Made by a program: the position numbers and the translations under genes
Shown: positions 16,549 to 32,736 of the stretch, one piece after another
How positions within the stretch are numbered: the stretch's first letter is position 1
Layout: each line of letters begins with the position of its first letter
Notes under the pieces: generated by a model
What the model was told of the DNA's origin: nothing
Database searches by the model: none
What the model saw: only the letters and a program-made list of their open reading frames with translations
DNA from: the human T2T-CHM13v2.0 reference genome, Homo sapiens
Strand: one strand, 5' to 3'
DNA: 64,000 nucleotides
NCBI RefSeq assembly: GCF_009914755.1
Contig: NC_060926.1

Positions 16549-16637
16549 AAAAGATACAGGATCCATAAAACAAAAAAAAGGATGCTATACTACTTTGAAA
16601 AAACCAACAAACAAAAACAAATACTCTTGAAAATTAA

Positions 16638-18880
<2,243 letters not shown>

Positions 18881-19399
18881 TACTGTAATAATGATTAAAC
18901 GTAAACTTTAATTGGGTATGCAGAAGTAGAATAGTCTAGAAAGAAGTCTCCCTGGGTGACATTCCTTACCTCGCTAAATGTATAACCTTCAGCTGCTAGT
19001 CCTTCACCTTGCAGGCTCAAAAGCTTAATTTCACCTTTACATAAAGAGCAGGTCTGTCTCTGGGAGAAGCAGTGAAACTCACTTTAATTACAGTTATGAA
19101 ATGAGGTATATTAATTTAAGACGAGACCTCATTGCACCAGTAGACAGCATGCCTTCTGGATAAATGGTTCGTTCTTTTTCTATGTTTAGTAAAGCAACAT
19201 GGTTAGGTAAATGAGAATCACTGGTTTACACTAGGAAATGACTGATAAGATCTAGAAGCCCATTTGGTCACCACAAAATCTGGAGATACCTATCAAGAAA
19301 ACTATACATAGTTAGAAGGTTTCTTGGAATCAAAAGAAATTCAATACATTGAATGTTTAATGGCTTCATCCTAAACTGTTAAAATGATTCCACAAGGCA

Positions 19400-19560
19400 G
19401 TGTTATTATCCCCTGCCCTGGATATTTGGAACATTATCTTCTTCTGAAAATAAGAAACTGATGCTCAGGAAATTAAATAGTTTGCTCAAGGTCACACTAC
19501 TAGCTGGGATTTAAATATAGGTTTGCCTCATAAATATTATTTCTGTTGTGCCACATTGCC
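19400..19560. mobile_element. MIR relic
   Basis: aagaaactgatgctcagg...tttgctcaaggtcacac...ctgggattt. Confidence 0.6.
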
Positions 19561-20964
19561 TTTCCAAAACAAACCAGAAAAAGGGGGGTCCAAGGAATAA
19601 CTTTTCTTATTAAGCATTTTTTATTCTTTTTGCCATGACTAGGTCATTAACAAACCTATCTTCTAAATACAAAGGGTTAAAAATGAAAGAAAACAAGGGC
19701 AATTAATAGTTAATGAATTCCTACTATGTAAGGCTCTGCACTAGCAAATTTTCAATTCTTATCTACTTCTTTTTAAACAATTTGTTTATTAAGTACATTT
19801 ATTGGTTTCTATTTATTTTTACACACTGTTGTTTATTACAAATAAGTAGCAGTTATTTTGTATTATTAAACCAGACTTGAAAATTTGTGTTGTCATATTT
19901 TGGAAACTTTGTTGGTATTTTTACTTCTATGAATTTGATTGGGTAAAAACGTATCTAAAATGTCTAATGCACCTCCAATGAGTAATGCCACAGTCATTTC
20001 AGAAAATGAAAATGAAAGTAATAACATATCATATTTTGTCACCACCATTGCTCTACGGCCAGATTTTAATGAGCCCAGCTCTGTAATCTGCCTGAGCATT
20101 TATAGACCTCAGGAGGGGCACTCTGTGGCTTTGGGCTAGAAGCAGCTGAAAAGAATGTCTCTCACTCATGTAAGAACAGCGTTGAATATGGCTGTTCTGT
20201 GTGCAGGCTCACCAATTGTGCTACTTGCAGTGGGGGCACTGTTCAGGGAAGGAGTAAGGTTGGCCAAGTTTGCCATTAGACATTAAGAGGGTACATAAAA
20301 TCTATCAATATTTCTCCATCCCGTTGCGAAGAAATGGAAAAGAAGACAGTAGCCAGCTACTGCATTGCCACTACAGAAAAGTAACTTTACAGATTTTATG
20401 ACATTTTTCTTGCAGAAATCCAACTATATACCTTGGGAAGATAGGAAAAGGGTTGCAGGAAAGACAGAAAAATAACATTTAAGATGGTGCCAGAAATTTC
20501 ACCTGCCATCCCCCTCAATATGCTGAGTAGGTGCCCAAGATGAGTACGAGCGGGAGACATAAGTCTGTTCCCTCAGTTTATCTCACTTTCTCTGAGCCAC
20601 TCATAGCATGAGAATCAGATGCACTTAATAGAATTGTGGTACTCAGGTGCCAAGGATTGTTTTCTTACCAGATGGTCCCTACACACACACAAGCCAATTC
20701 CTTCATCTGGTGCTCAACTGAAGAAAAAGTCACTCGTTCCAAAGCTGGAGGAAAAACTGGCAGAACTGGATTCAGCTGTGAGACAGCATGCTGTGGCCTC
20801 CAACGTGGCATTATTCTAAAAGTTCAGGAGTAACTTTGACTATAAGTAGTTGTTCCTTAACTCCCACTTAAGATGTAACCCAGCCACACTAGGCTCTAAG
20901 CAGCTTCAAGATAGGACAAACCAACAGTACCAGGCTAGTCTAGTAATTGAGGAAGTCAGTAAGA

Positions 20965-21516
20965 TTTTTTTTTTATTATACTTTAAGTTCTAGGGTACAT
21001 GTGCACAACGTGCATGTTAGTTACATATGTATACATGTGCCATGTTGGTGTGCTGCACCCATTAACTCGTCATTTAACATTAGGTAGATCTCCTAATGCT
21101 ATCCCTCCCACCTCCCCCAACCCCCCAACAGGCCCTGGTATGTGATGTTCCCCTTCCTGTGTCCATGTGTTCTCATTGTTCAATTCCCACCTGTGAGTGA
21201 GAACATGCGGTGTTTGGTTTTTTGTCTTTGCGATAGTTTGCTGAGAATGATGGTTTCCAGTTTCATCCATGTCCCTACAAAGGACATGAACTCATCATTT
21301 TTTATGGCTGCATGGTATTCCATGGTGTATATGTGCCACATTTTCTTAATCCAGTCTATCGTTGTTGGACATTTGGGTTGGTTCCAAGTCTTTGCTATTG
21401 TGAATAGTGCCGCAATAAACATACGTGTGCATGTGTCTTTATAGCAGCATGATTTATAATCCTTTGGGTATATACCCAGTAATGGGATTGCTAGGTCAAA
21501 TGGTATTTCTAGTTCT
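20965..21516 (-). mobile_element. 5'-truncated L1PA3/4-like
   Basis: L1 3'UTR plus ORF2 end; ~20-bp TSD tgaggaagt(c/t)agtaagattt at 20948-20967 and 21516-21535. Confidence 0.95.
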
Positions 21517-22129
21517 GAGGAAGTTAGTAAGATTTTGAGATGCCATGAGGACAAAAGTCATAGTGAAGACATTAGCTATTCTAATGCATGGCTAAGACAC
21601 TGCAAGTCTGAGGCTCAGCCGACTTCAAAGACCAGGAGTTCCATGTAGTCACTAGGTAGTAGGAGAGAAAGCAATTCCAAGAAGAGTCAGGTCTAATTCT
21701 TGAAAATACAATGGTACTAATGGTGTGGGTAGTTCTATATTTTGACTTGTTCTATAAAGCAAAGATTTGTTTTTTGTTTTTTTTTTTAAAGTATTCCCTA
21801 GTTGTATAGTAGTGTAATCTGAGAGGTCTCCATTATTTTTGAACTCTTGATAGTGGGCTCTACCAGGACGGGGAAGCTAGTTTAAAGCTATGTGTTCGCT
21901 TTCTACAGTTCAAGATGTGTAGTTTATCATTGTGGGGTCCTATCTTTGTTTGGGGATAGATCTCTCATACGTCTTTTTGGCCAAGCAGATGTAAATCAAA
22001 TGCCTACTCATGGTCCTTTGATCCTTGGGATTGCTTCAGATATTGGTAATTTAATACAAATGTAAATATACTAGACTGCAATGTTAAGTAGTCTATTTCA
22101 TAATGTAAAAGATGTTCTTGTGGTTTAAG

Positions 22130-22840
22130 AAAAGAGTACATTTCACTATACCCCTATTAGTATGACTAAAATAATAAAACCCTCGCTATATCAAGTACTG
22201 ACAGAGAAATTTCTGCAACTCTCATTCAACACTAGTGAAGATGCAAACTGGTACAGCTACCCTGTAAAACAGTTTGGCAGTTTCTAAGAAAATCAAATAT
22301 ATGATTATTACATGACCCAGCAATTTTGCTCTTAGGTATTTTCCGAAGAAAAATGAAAACACATATCCACACAAAAATCTGCACATGAATATTTAGAGGA
22401 GCATTATTCATAATTGCCCCAAACTAGAAACAACTCAAAAGTCCTTCAGCAGGAGAATATATAAACTGTTGTACATCCATATGGTAGAATACTACTCAGC
22501 AACAAGAAGGAACAAACTATTGATACATGCACCAACATAAACGAGTCCTCAATACATCACACGAAGTGAAAGAAACCAGACTCAAAAAATCAATACTATC
22601 TTATTTCACTTACATGACAGTCTAAAAACACATAACACTTTAGGGTCAGAAAACAAATCAGTAATTGACAAGGTTTAGGGCTGAGAGTGGGATTTGACTC
22701 CAAAGAGGCAGCTCAAGGACATTTTTAGTGTAAGAGCACTATTCTATGTCCTGAGAGTGGTGCTCAGGACTATGCATTTGTCAAAACTTATATAACTATA
22801 CGACAAAAGAAGACTAATTAAAATCAAATTTTAAAAAATG
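22130..22840 (+). mobile_element. Ancient L1ME/L1MC 3' fragment
   Basis: aactggtacagctaccctgtaaaacagtttggcagtttct...ggtagaatactactcagcaacaagaagg. Confidence 0.75.
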
Positions 22841-23499
22841 TACAGATCCACAAGAAGACTTGTTTAAAATGCAGAGATTCGCAAATTCCCCTAGCAGTGT
22901 GAATGTAGATAAAAAGGTAAGAGAAGTGGTTATGAGAAAAAAATGAACACGTCTAAGAACTATGGTGCCAGGCCTGGCCCAAGGAAAGGATTATCAGAAG
23001 TGAGTCCTCTGTGAGATGGTCTACACATCACTGCAGGACACAGAACCACTAGAAAAAATGGAAGTATTTCTGTATTTAAGAATCAGCTCCAATTTATAAA
23101 AAATAAAAATAGAAAATCATTTCAGAATTGTTCATTGCTCTTTCTCTCTGGAATGTGGGCAAGCAAAGAATTTTTCATGTAACAAATCTGTGGAGCCAGT
23201 GAGCACAACAAAATGTGTGTGGAATTGACTTTAAATGAACCTTGCATTTTCTCCAGCATTCCACACAATAATTTGATAGAAAAATAATTTTTAGTAAAAA
23301 TATAGAAACACAATATATTAACAGAAATAGGCAACATAATTAATCTGTAAAAGTTCTCCTCACTTCTATGGGCATTTCTATAAGTTACTGGAGGACAGCT
23401 GGTAAGAGAACAAGAAGGAAGTAGATTTCAGATGGGGACAGAATCTGAGAGGCCAATATAGCCTAAGGTGAGTAATGTTGACTGGCTACTCAACTGGTT

Positions 23500-23655
23500 G
23501 AGGAATTAAGAAGCTGGAAAGACAACTTAAAGCTCATCTAAGAATCCCTCTTATTTTACGGATGAGGAAAGCTGTGGCTTAGGGATATGTAGCAGCTTAC
23601 CCAAAGTCCAGAGTTACTAAATTGTAAAATCTAGTCTTCTGCTTCCAAGTCGAGA
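23500..23655. mobile_element. MIR relic
   Basis: ttattttacggatgaggaaagctgtggcttaggg...cttacccaaagtc. Confidence 0.55.
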
Positions 23656-25836
23656 GTTTTTTTTTTTTCCCAGCAAAAGTGTGATTTGCTGTTCTTTTCA
23701 AAAGGGGAAAATATAGACTGAAATGTACAATTTAAACCCCGATGTGACACAATGGGCAAAATGGTGTATATTTGGGAATTTTATTGAAGCGATAAAATGC
23801 AATTCTAAACAATGTCCTGTTACTAATAACTATAATTCTGTAATTTTCAGAACTCAACCAAGTGGAAAAAAGTCATTATTAGTTCTCAGAAAGGATGAGT
23901 CTCTTTTCCCCACCTCTAGTAACAAGAAAGTCATATCAACACCAAGGAGACAGAGACATGAGCTCAGTGTCACAGTTGCATATAGGAATGTATAGCAGGT
24001 ACTTGATTTGTTCTGGAAGGTTTGCCCTCTGGCCACAACCTGTTCAATTAATTGTGTAACCAAAGCTCAATACTTGTTATGCATTTATCCATTCCTTTAA
24101 CAACAACAAACCGTATTGCCCGTAGAAAGAGGGCAGACAAGGTCCTAACAGATTGGGTAAGGGGTTAAGGCCAGAAATGGCCCTCCTCCTGTGAATACTG
24201 ACCCTTGCCTTCAATTTGCCATTATTTTTTGTTGATACATAATATTTGTACATATTTGTAGAGTACATGTGATATTTTCTTACATGCACAGAATGTGTAA
24301 TGATCAAGTCATTAAAGGTATTAAAGGTATCCATCACCTCAAGTATTCATCATTGCTGTGTGGTGGGAACATTTCAAGTGCTCTCTATTAGTTATTTTTA
24401 AACATGAGGTACATCGTTGTCAACTATAGTCACACTACTCTGCTGCTGAACATTTTAACCAATTACTTCTGTCTAATTATATGTTTGTACCCATTAACCA
24501 ACCTCTCTTCATGCCCTCTCTCCTATCCACACACCTTTCCTAATCTCTGGCCTCTATCATTCTACTCTCTACTTCTATGAAATCCACTTTCTTTAGCTGC
24601 CACATGTGTGTGAGAACATATGATATTTCCTTTTCTCAGCCTGGCTTATTTCACTTAACATGATGACCTCCATTTCCATCCACATTGCTGCAAATGACAT
24701 GATTTCATTCTTTTTTATAGCCAAGTAGTATTATATTGTGTATATATACCACATTTTCTTTATTCATTCATTCAGTGACAGATATTTGGATTGATTCTGT
24801 ATTTTTGCTGCTGTGAATAGTGCTGCAGTGCAGGTATCCCTTTGATATACTGACATCCAAAAGAAAGGATATCAGTATATAGATATCAGTATTTCAAAGG
24901 GATACCTGCACTCCACTCAAATATTGGGATTGCTAAATTGCGTGGTAGTTCTATTTTTAGTTTTTTGGGAAATCTCCATACTGTTTTCCACAATGGCTAT
25001 ATTAACATACGTTCCCACCAACCATGTATAACAGTTCCCTTTTCTCCACATTTTCAGCATCATCTTTTGTTGTTAATAATACTCAATCTACCTAAGGTAA
25101 AATGATATCTTATTGTGGCTTTGATTTGCATTTCCTGTTGATTAGTGGTGTTAATTTTTTATATACCTGTATGTCTTCTTTTGAGAAATGTCCATTCATG
25201 TTAACTTTTTAATGGGATTCTTTGTTTTCTTACTGTTGTTTTAGTTCCTTGTATATTATGGAAATTAGTTCCTTGCTGGATAAACAGTTTGCAAATATGT
25301 TTTCCCACTCAACAGGTTGCCTCTTCACTGTGTTATTTTCTCTTCTGTGCAGAAGCTTTTTAGTTTAATATGGCCCTATTTGCCTACTTTTGTTTTTGTT
25401 GACTATGCATTTGAGTTTCTAGCCATGAAATGTTTGCCTAATGTCTTGAAATGTTTCCCCTATGTTTTCCTCTAGCAGGTTTATAGTTTGGGCTCTTACA
25501 TGTAAGTCTTTAATGTACTTCGAGTTTATTTTTGTATATGGTGAGAGATAGGAAATCAGTTTCATTCTTCTGAATATGAATCCAGTTTTGCCAGCACCAT
25601 TTATTGATGAAGATATTCTTTCCCCAGTGTATGTTCTTGGTGCCTTTGTCCAAATCATTTGGCTATAAATATATATTTATGTTTTCCCTATTCTGTTCCA
25701 TTTGTCTATGTGTACGCTTTTATACCAATACTATCTGTTTTGGTTACTATCACCTCGTAAAATATTTTGAAGTCAGGTAGCGTGATGCCTCCAACTTTGT
25801 TCTTTTAGCTTAGGATTGCTTTGGCTATTTGGGATC

Positions 25837-26214
25837 TGATATGGTTTAGATTTGTGTCCCCACCCAAATCTCATGTTGAATCGTAATCCCTAGTGTTGGA
25901 GGAGAGGCCTGGAGGGAGGTGATTGGATCCTAGGGGCAGTTTTCCCCTTGCTGTTCTCTTGATAGTGAGTTCTCATGAGATCTTGTTGTTTAAAAGTGTG
26001 TGGCACCTCTTCCTTTTCTGTCTTCCTCCTGCTCAGGTCATGTAAGATGTACCTTCTTCCCCTTCGCCTTCTGCCATGATTGTAAGTTTCCTGAGGCCTC
26101 CCCAGCCATGCTTCCTGTTGAGCCTGTGGAACTGTGACCCAATTAAACCTCTTTTGCTTATAAATTACCCAGTTGTGGTGTTTCTTTACAGCAGTGTGAA
26201 AACAGACTAATACA
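25837..26214 (+). mobile_element. MSTA solo LTR (ERVL-MaLR)
   Basis: tgatatggtttagatttgtgtccccacccaaatctcatg...gactaataca; 5-bp TSD ggatc/ggctc. Confidence 0.92.
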
Positions 26215-26725
26215 GGCTCTTTCTTGGTTCTGTACAAATTTTAGGATTTTTTTTCTGTTTCTATAAAAAATGACATTGATATTTTGATAGCAATTGCATT
26301 GAATCTATAGATGGCTTTGGGTAGTATGGGCATTTCAACACTGTTAATTTTTCTGATCCATGCGCATGAGATGTCTTTCCATTTGTTTGTGTCCTCTTCA
26401 GTTTATTTTATCAGTGTTTTGTAGTTTTCCTTGTAGTCATTCATCCACTTGGGTAAATTTATTCCTAGGTATTTTTTGTAGCTATTGTAAATGGTATTGC
26501 CTTCTTGATTTTTTTTCAGCTAGTTCATTATTGGTGTATAGAAATATTACTAATTTTAATTATTGATTTTGTATCCTGAGACTTTACTGAATTTCTTAGT
26601 TTTAAGAGTTTTTTGGTGGGGTTTTTGGTTTGTGAAGAGTTTTTATCATGAAGACAAGTTGAATTTTATCAAATGCTTTTTTTTGCATCTTTTGAGATGA
26701 TCATATGGTTTTTGTCCTTCATTAT

Positions 26726-26920
26726 TGTATTAGTCTTTTCTCACACTGCTATAAAGAACTACCTGAGACTGGGTAACTCATAAAGAAAAGAGGTTTAATT
26801 GAATCACAGTTTCACAGGCTGTGCAGGAGGCATGGCTAGGGAGGCCTGAGGAAACTTATAATCATGGTGGAAGTCGAAGGGGAAGCAAGCATAATCTTCA
26901 CACGGCAGAGCAGGAGAGAC
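26726..26920 (-). mobile_element. Truncated MSTA/THE1-type LTR
   Basis: tgtattagtcttttctcacactgctataaagaactacctgagactggg; other half missing. Confidence 0.85.
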
Positions 26921-27247
26921 AGCATCTGGTATCATAGAATGAGTTAGGGGTAATTCCCTCCTCTTCAACTTTTTGGAATAGTTTCAGGAAAATTAGCATT
27001 AATTCTTTATACATTTGGTACAATTTGGCAGTGAAGCATCTGGTCTTCGGCTTTTCTTTCCTCAGAGACTTTTTATTACTGGTTTAATCTTGTTACTCAT
27101 TGGTCTGTTCAGGTTTTCTATTTTTTTTCTGATTCAACCTTAGAAGATGGTATGTGTTCAGGAATTTATCCATTTCCTCTAGGTTTTCCGGTTTGTTAGT
27201 GCATAGTTGTTCATAATAGTCTCTAATGAGACTATTCATTTCATTAA

Positions 27248-27557
<310 letters not shown>

Positions 27558-28471
27558 TGTATTGTTTTTTTAAGTCTCTATTTTATTTAGTTCTGCTCTG
27601 ATCTTTATCGTTTCTTTCCTTCCACTAATCTTGGATGTGGTTTGTTCTTGCTTTTCAAGTTCCTTGAGGTGCATCATTAGACTGTTTATTTGAAATCTTC
27701 CATTTTTCTGATGTAGGTATTACTGCTACAAATGTCCATCTTAGCACTGCTTTTGCTATATCCCATAGTTTTGGGTATGCTGTGTTTCAATTTTCTTTTG
27801 TTTCAATACATTTTTAAAATTTTCTCTCTTAATTTCTTCATTGACCCAGTGGTTATTCAGGAGCACGTTGTTTAACTTCCATGTATTTGTATCATTTCCA
27901 AAGTTACTCTTATTGATTGCTAGTTTTAGTCCACTTTTATTCCAGTTTTATTAATAGTGGAAAACTTCCCGAGTCTAGCAGGATGTTTACACATCTGGAT
28001 ACAAGAAGCTCAGAGATTCTCAAATATTTATAATGCAGAAAGACATTCTCCACAGCACATTATAGTCAAGCTGTAAAAAGTCAAAGATAAAGAGAATTGT
28101 AAAAACAGTAAGAGAAAAGTATCTAGTCACCTGTAAGGGAATCTAATCAGATTAACAGTAAAGATACTTGCTCTGAGTACATACTTGATGTGATTTTGAT
28201 TTTTAAAAAATTTGCTGAGACTTCTTTTGTGAACTAATGTGATTTATCCTGGAGAATGTTTCATGTGCTAATTAGAAGAATGTGTATTTTGTAGCCATTG
28301 GAAACAGTAAAGGTTAAGTTCATTGGTCTAAAGTCCAGTTTAAGTTCAGTGTTTCTTTTTTGTTTTCTGTCCACATGACCTGTCTATTGCTGCGAATGGG
28401 GTGTTGAAGTCCCCCACTATTATTGTACATTGTATTGGAGTCTATTTTTTCCTTTACATCTAGTAATATAA

Positions 28472-28760
<289 letters not shown>

Positions 28761-31700
28761 TACATCTAGTAATATAATATTTATGTATCAGAGTTCTCCG
28801 GTGTTGAGTGCATATAAATTTATAATTGTTATATCCTTTTGCCGAATTGATCTCTTTATCATTGTATAATGACCTTCTTTGTCTTTTTAAATGTTTTTGA
28901 ATTAAAGCCTGTTTTGTAAGTACAACTACTCCTGACTGCTTTTGGTTTCCATTTGTATAAATTATCTTCTATCCATCTCTTTACTTCTTTTAGTCTATAT
29001 GTATCTTTATAATAGACTATCTTTTACATATATTTTAGTCTATCTTTACATATAGACTAAAAGGTAAATTTAGTTTCTTGTAGATAGCATATAATTGGAT
29101 CATGTGTTTAAAATCCATTCAGCCAGTCTATACAATTTAAGTGGAAAACTTATTCCATTTAATTCAAGGTTATTATTGACATATCAGGTTTTATTCCTAT
29201 CATATTTTAAATTGTTTTCTGAATGTGTTATATAACCTTTGTTCCTTTCTTTTCCACTTATTGTTTATCATTATAGTTTGGTGGTTTTCTGTATAAAAGA
29301 TACATTTTGTAGGGGTAACATTTCAGTCATTTCTCTTCCTCATTTGTGTGTTTGCCTGCCCAGTGTGTTTTATACTTTTGTGTGTTTCATTATGGTAGAT
29401 ATTGTCCTTTTGCTTCCAGGTTTAGGACTCTCTTAAGCATTTCTTGTAGGTCCTTTCTAGTGGTGATGAATTCCTTCAGTTTTTGCTTATTTGGAAAATA
29501 TTTTATTTCTCATTTGTTTATGAAAGATAACTTAGTTTGGTATAGTGTTCTTGGCTGGCAGTTTTTTCTTTGAGCACTCTGAATACATCATCCCATTCTC
29601 TCCTTGCCTGTAAGGTTTCTGCTGAGAAATCCACTGTTAGTCTGATGAGATCCCCTTATAAGTGACTACATGCTTTTCTCTTGCCATTTTTACAATTCTC
29701 TCTGTCTTTGACTTTTGACAGCTTGACTATAATGTGCTGTGGAGAATATCTTTTTGTATTATAAATATTTGAGAATCTCTAAGCTTCCTGTATCCAGATG
29801 TGTAAATGTCCTGGTAGATTTGGGAAGTTTTTCCACTATTAATTTATTAAATGTACTTTCTTTCTCTTTGGTTTTCTCTTCACCTTCTGGAACACTGAAA
29901 ATTTGATTATTTTATCACTTACAGTATTCCATATGACATGTAGGCTTTGTTCATTCTTTTTAATTCTTTTTTCTTTTTTTCAGCTGACTGGGTTATTTAA
30001 AAAGGGCTGTCTTGAAGTTCTAAAATTCTTTCTTCTGCTTGATCTAGTCTATCATTGAAGCTCTTTAATATTTTGAATTTTTATTTTATTTAATGAATTA
30101 TTCAGTTTCAAAATTTGTCTGGTTCTTTTTTTACTTTGGTAAATTTCTTATTTATATCCTGAATTGTTCTTCAGATTCCTTTGTATTGTTTATCTGTGTT
30201 CTCTTATATCTCACTGGGCTTCCTTAATATCATTATTTTTAATTATTTTCCTGGCATTTCATAAATCTCTTTTTCATTGGAATCTGTTGCGGAAGAATTA
30301 TTGCATTCCTTTGAACATGTAACAGTTCCTTACTTCTTTTATGTTTGTTAGGTCCTTATGTTGATACCCGCTCACCTAGCACAATAGTCACTTTCCCCAA
30401 TGTTTCGGATTTGCTTTCATAAGGGAGGATTTTTTCCTGAATATGTATCTCTGGTGTTGGTTGGGTAGCGCACTTTGGTTTTGAGTCTGGGTGTGCGCAG
30501 TAGTGTAGTCACCATATAATTTTGGGTCAGTGGTGTCTGTTATTTCCTCAGTGTCTTAGGGTATGGTTGTTAGTGGAAGCTGTGGTGAAATTTTGCTGGA
30601 GATGGGGATGCCAGGTGGGCTGATCGCTTGTTCCCAGTGGTGGCAGTGGTTGGCTGAGAATGCCTCTCCTTGAACCTAAGGGCAGCATACACTGGCAATG
30701 GTGTTAGTGGGTTCTGGAAGGCTAATTCTTAGGCTTCCAGGTAGCTTCCTTGGGTGCCAGCAGTGGTAGTAGTGGGCTGGGCAAGTGAGTGTGTCCTCAG
30801 GCCCCTAGATAGTAGGCATGGTGTTGGTGATGGCAGTAGCAGTGTTGGGACAGCTCTTAGAATGCCAAGCGGTCCGTGCTGGTTTTGGCAGTGTCTGCTA
30901 CAGTCCAGGTGGACCAGTCCACAGGGCCCTGGGAGGAGTACTCTAGTGCCAATCAGTGGTGGACATGACAGAGTGATCCCTTAGCCTTGCATACTGTGCT
31001 CAGACACCGGGGGAGGCAAAGCTAGGCTGGGTGGACCTGTCCTTAGGTCCCCAGGTATGTATATGTATGGGTACTGGCTGTGGTGAGTATTGTTGAGGTG
31101 ATCCCCTGCCCCCGTCAGAGTGCTCAGGTGGTGAAGGCAGCAGGTGTGCTGCAGCCCTGCTGCTGGGGAGGTCAGAGCTGCTGTAGGTTGGTGGCTGTAG
31201 GATGGTGGCTGGGGATCACAAGCTTCAGGCCCAGGTGGTGGCTGCGGGTTGGGTTTCCTGGCTTCAAGGCACGTGAAAACGTGCAACAGCCCCACTTCTT
31301 GGGGGTAGGTTTGCTGCCAGTGACTCCTGCTTCAGCCCAAGAAGTGGCAGCCAACAGCAGTGACAACTGTAGGCAGGGGATGTCAATGGGGTACCAGGGA
31401 TATAGAGATGCAGGGACTATTGGGCCCTAGGGAAGGATTCAGTCTGGTAGAGACTGGACTCTCAAAATCTCACCATGCTGTAGCTGCTTGGGATCTTGGG
31501 GTGTGTGGGACCCCACATGAGATCCCTTTCTGGAGCAATGCTGTCGTGCCATCTGCAGGCAGCCCCCTATGCTAATTTCAGGCCCTGCAATGGTGGAGGG
31601 GCTTTCCCATGGCTAGGACTGGAGGAGCCCATGGTGGAAATGTAGACGACTGGGGACGTCTCACTTACCCTTTTCTCACGTTGGGGAGCTTCTCTGGGCT

Positions 31701-32345
31701 CCCAGCTGATCCTGCCAAACAGACTGCCTCACTTCTTTCTCTTTCCTTTTAGGTGTTTCTTGTCACTTCACTTTTGAAATCCAGTATTTACTCGCTATTT
31801 TGATTCTTCTTTATGGAGGAGGTGACTGTCAGATGCCTCTAGTCAGCCATCTTTAATCTCCTCCGCACAATTTGCCATTCTTGAGAGACTATTGTGCTAA
31901 TGAACATGAGGGAGAGAGGGAGAGGGAGAGAGACAGACTCAATCCAACCAAGAACTGATCATAAATTTTTCACTTGAGTACTAACAACTATAGTTATTGG
32001 TTACAGGACAGTGTTTACAAAGTTTGCAATATGTAATTTTTATTCATTGACCAAATAAATGTATCACTGATCAATAAAATATTTTTTGTTTATAGGCTTT
32101 TATACCTGCTCCTTGGTCCCTGGATATTTGCAAGAGCAAAGCATCATAAAAGGACCAGACACATAATAACAGAATAGCAGCATTATCTTTCCAGAATTAA
32201 CTGTTAACCATTCTTGATCAAGCTCAAGCAAGTCCAACCAGTCAGATACTTATAAAGATAACACCAGTAAAAATTTCTCCGTGTCCTTTTAAATTTTCTC
32301 CTTCCTCCTAAATCCACATATGCCTGTTAGAAAATTACTGCTGAA

Positions 32346-32736
<391 letters not shown>

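Noticed and set aside
20619-20819. ORF with a coiled-coil-looking stretch (KLEEKLAELDSAVRQH)
   Set aside because: Short, no recognised homologue, no polyA or TSD to suggest a processed pseudogene; a BLASTP hit would be needed.
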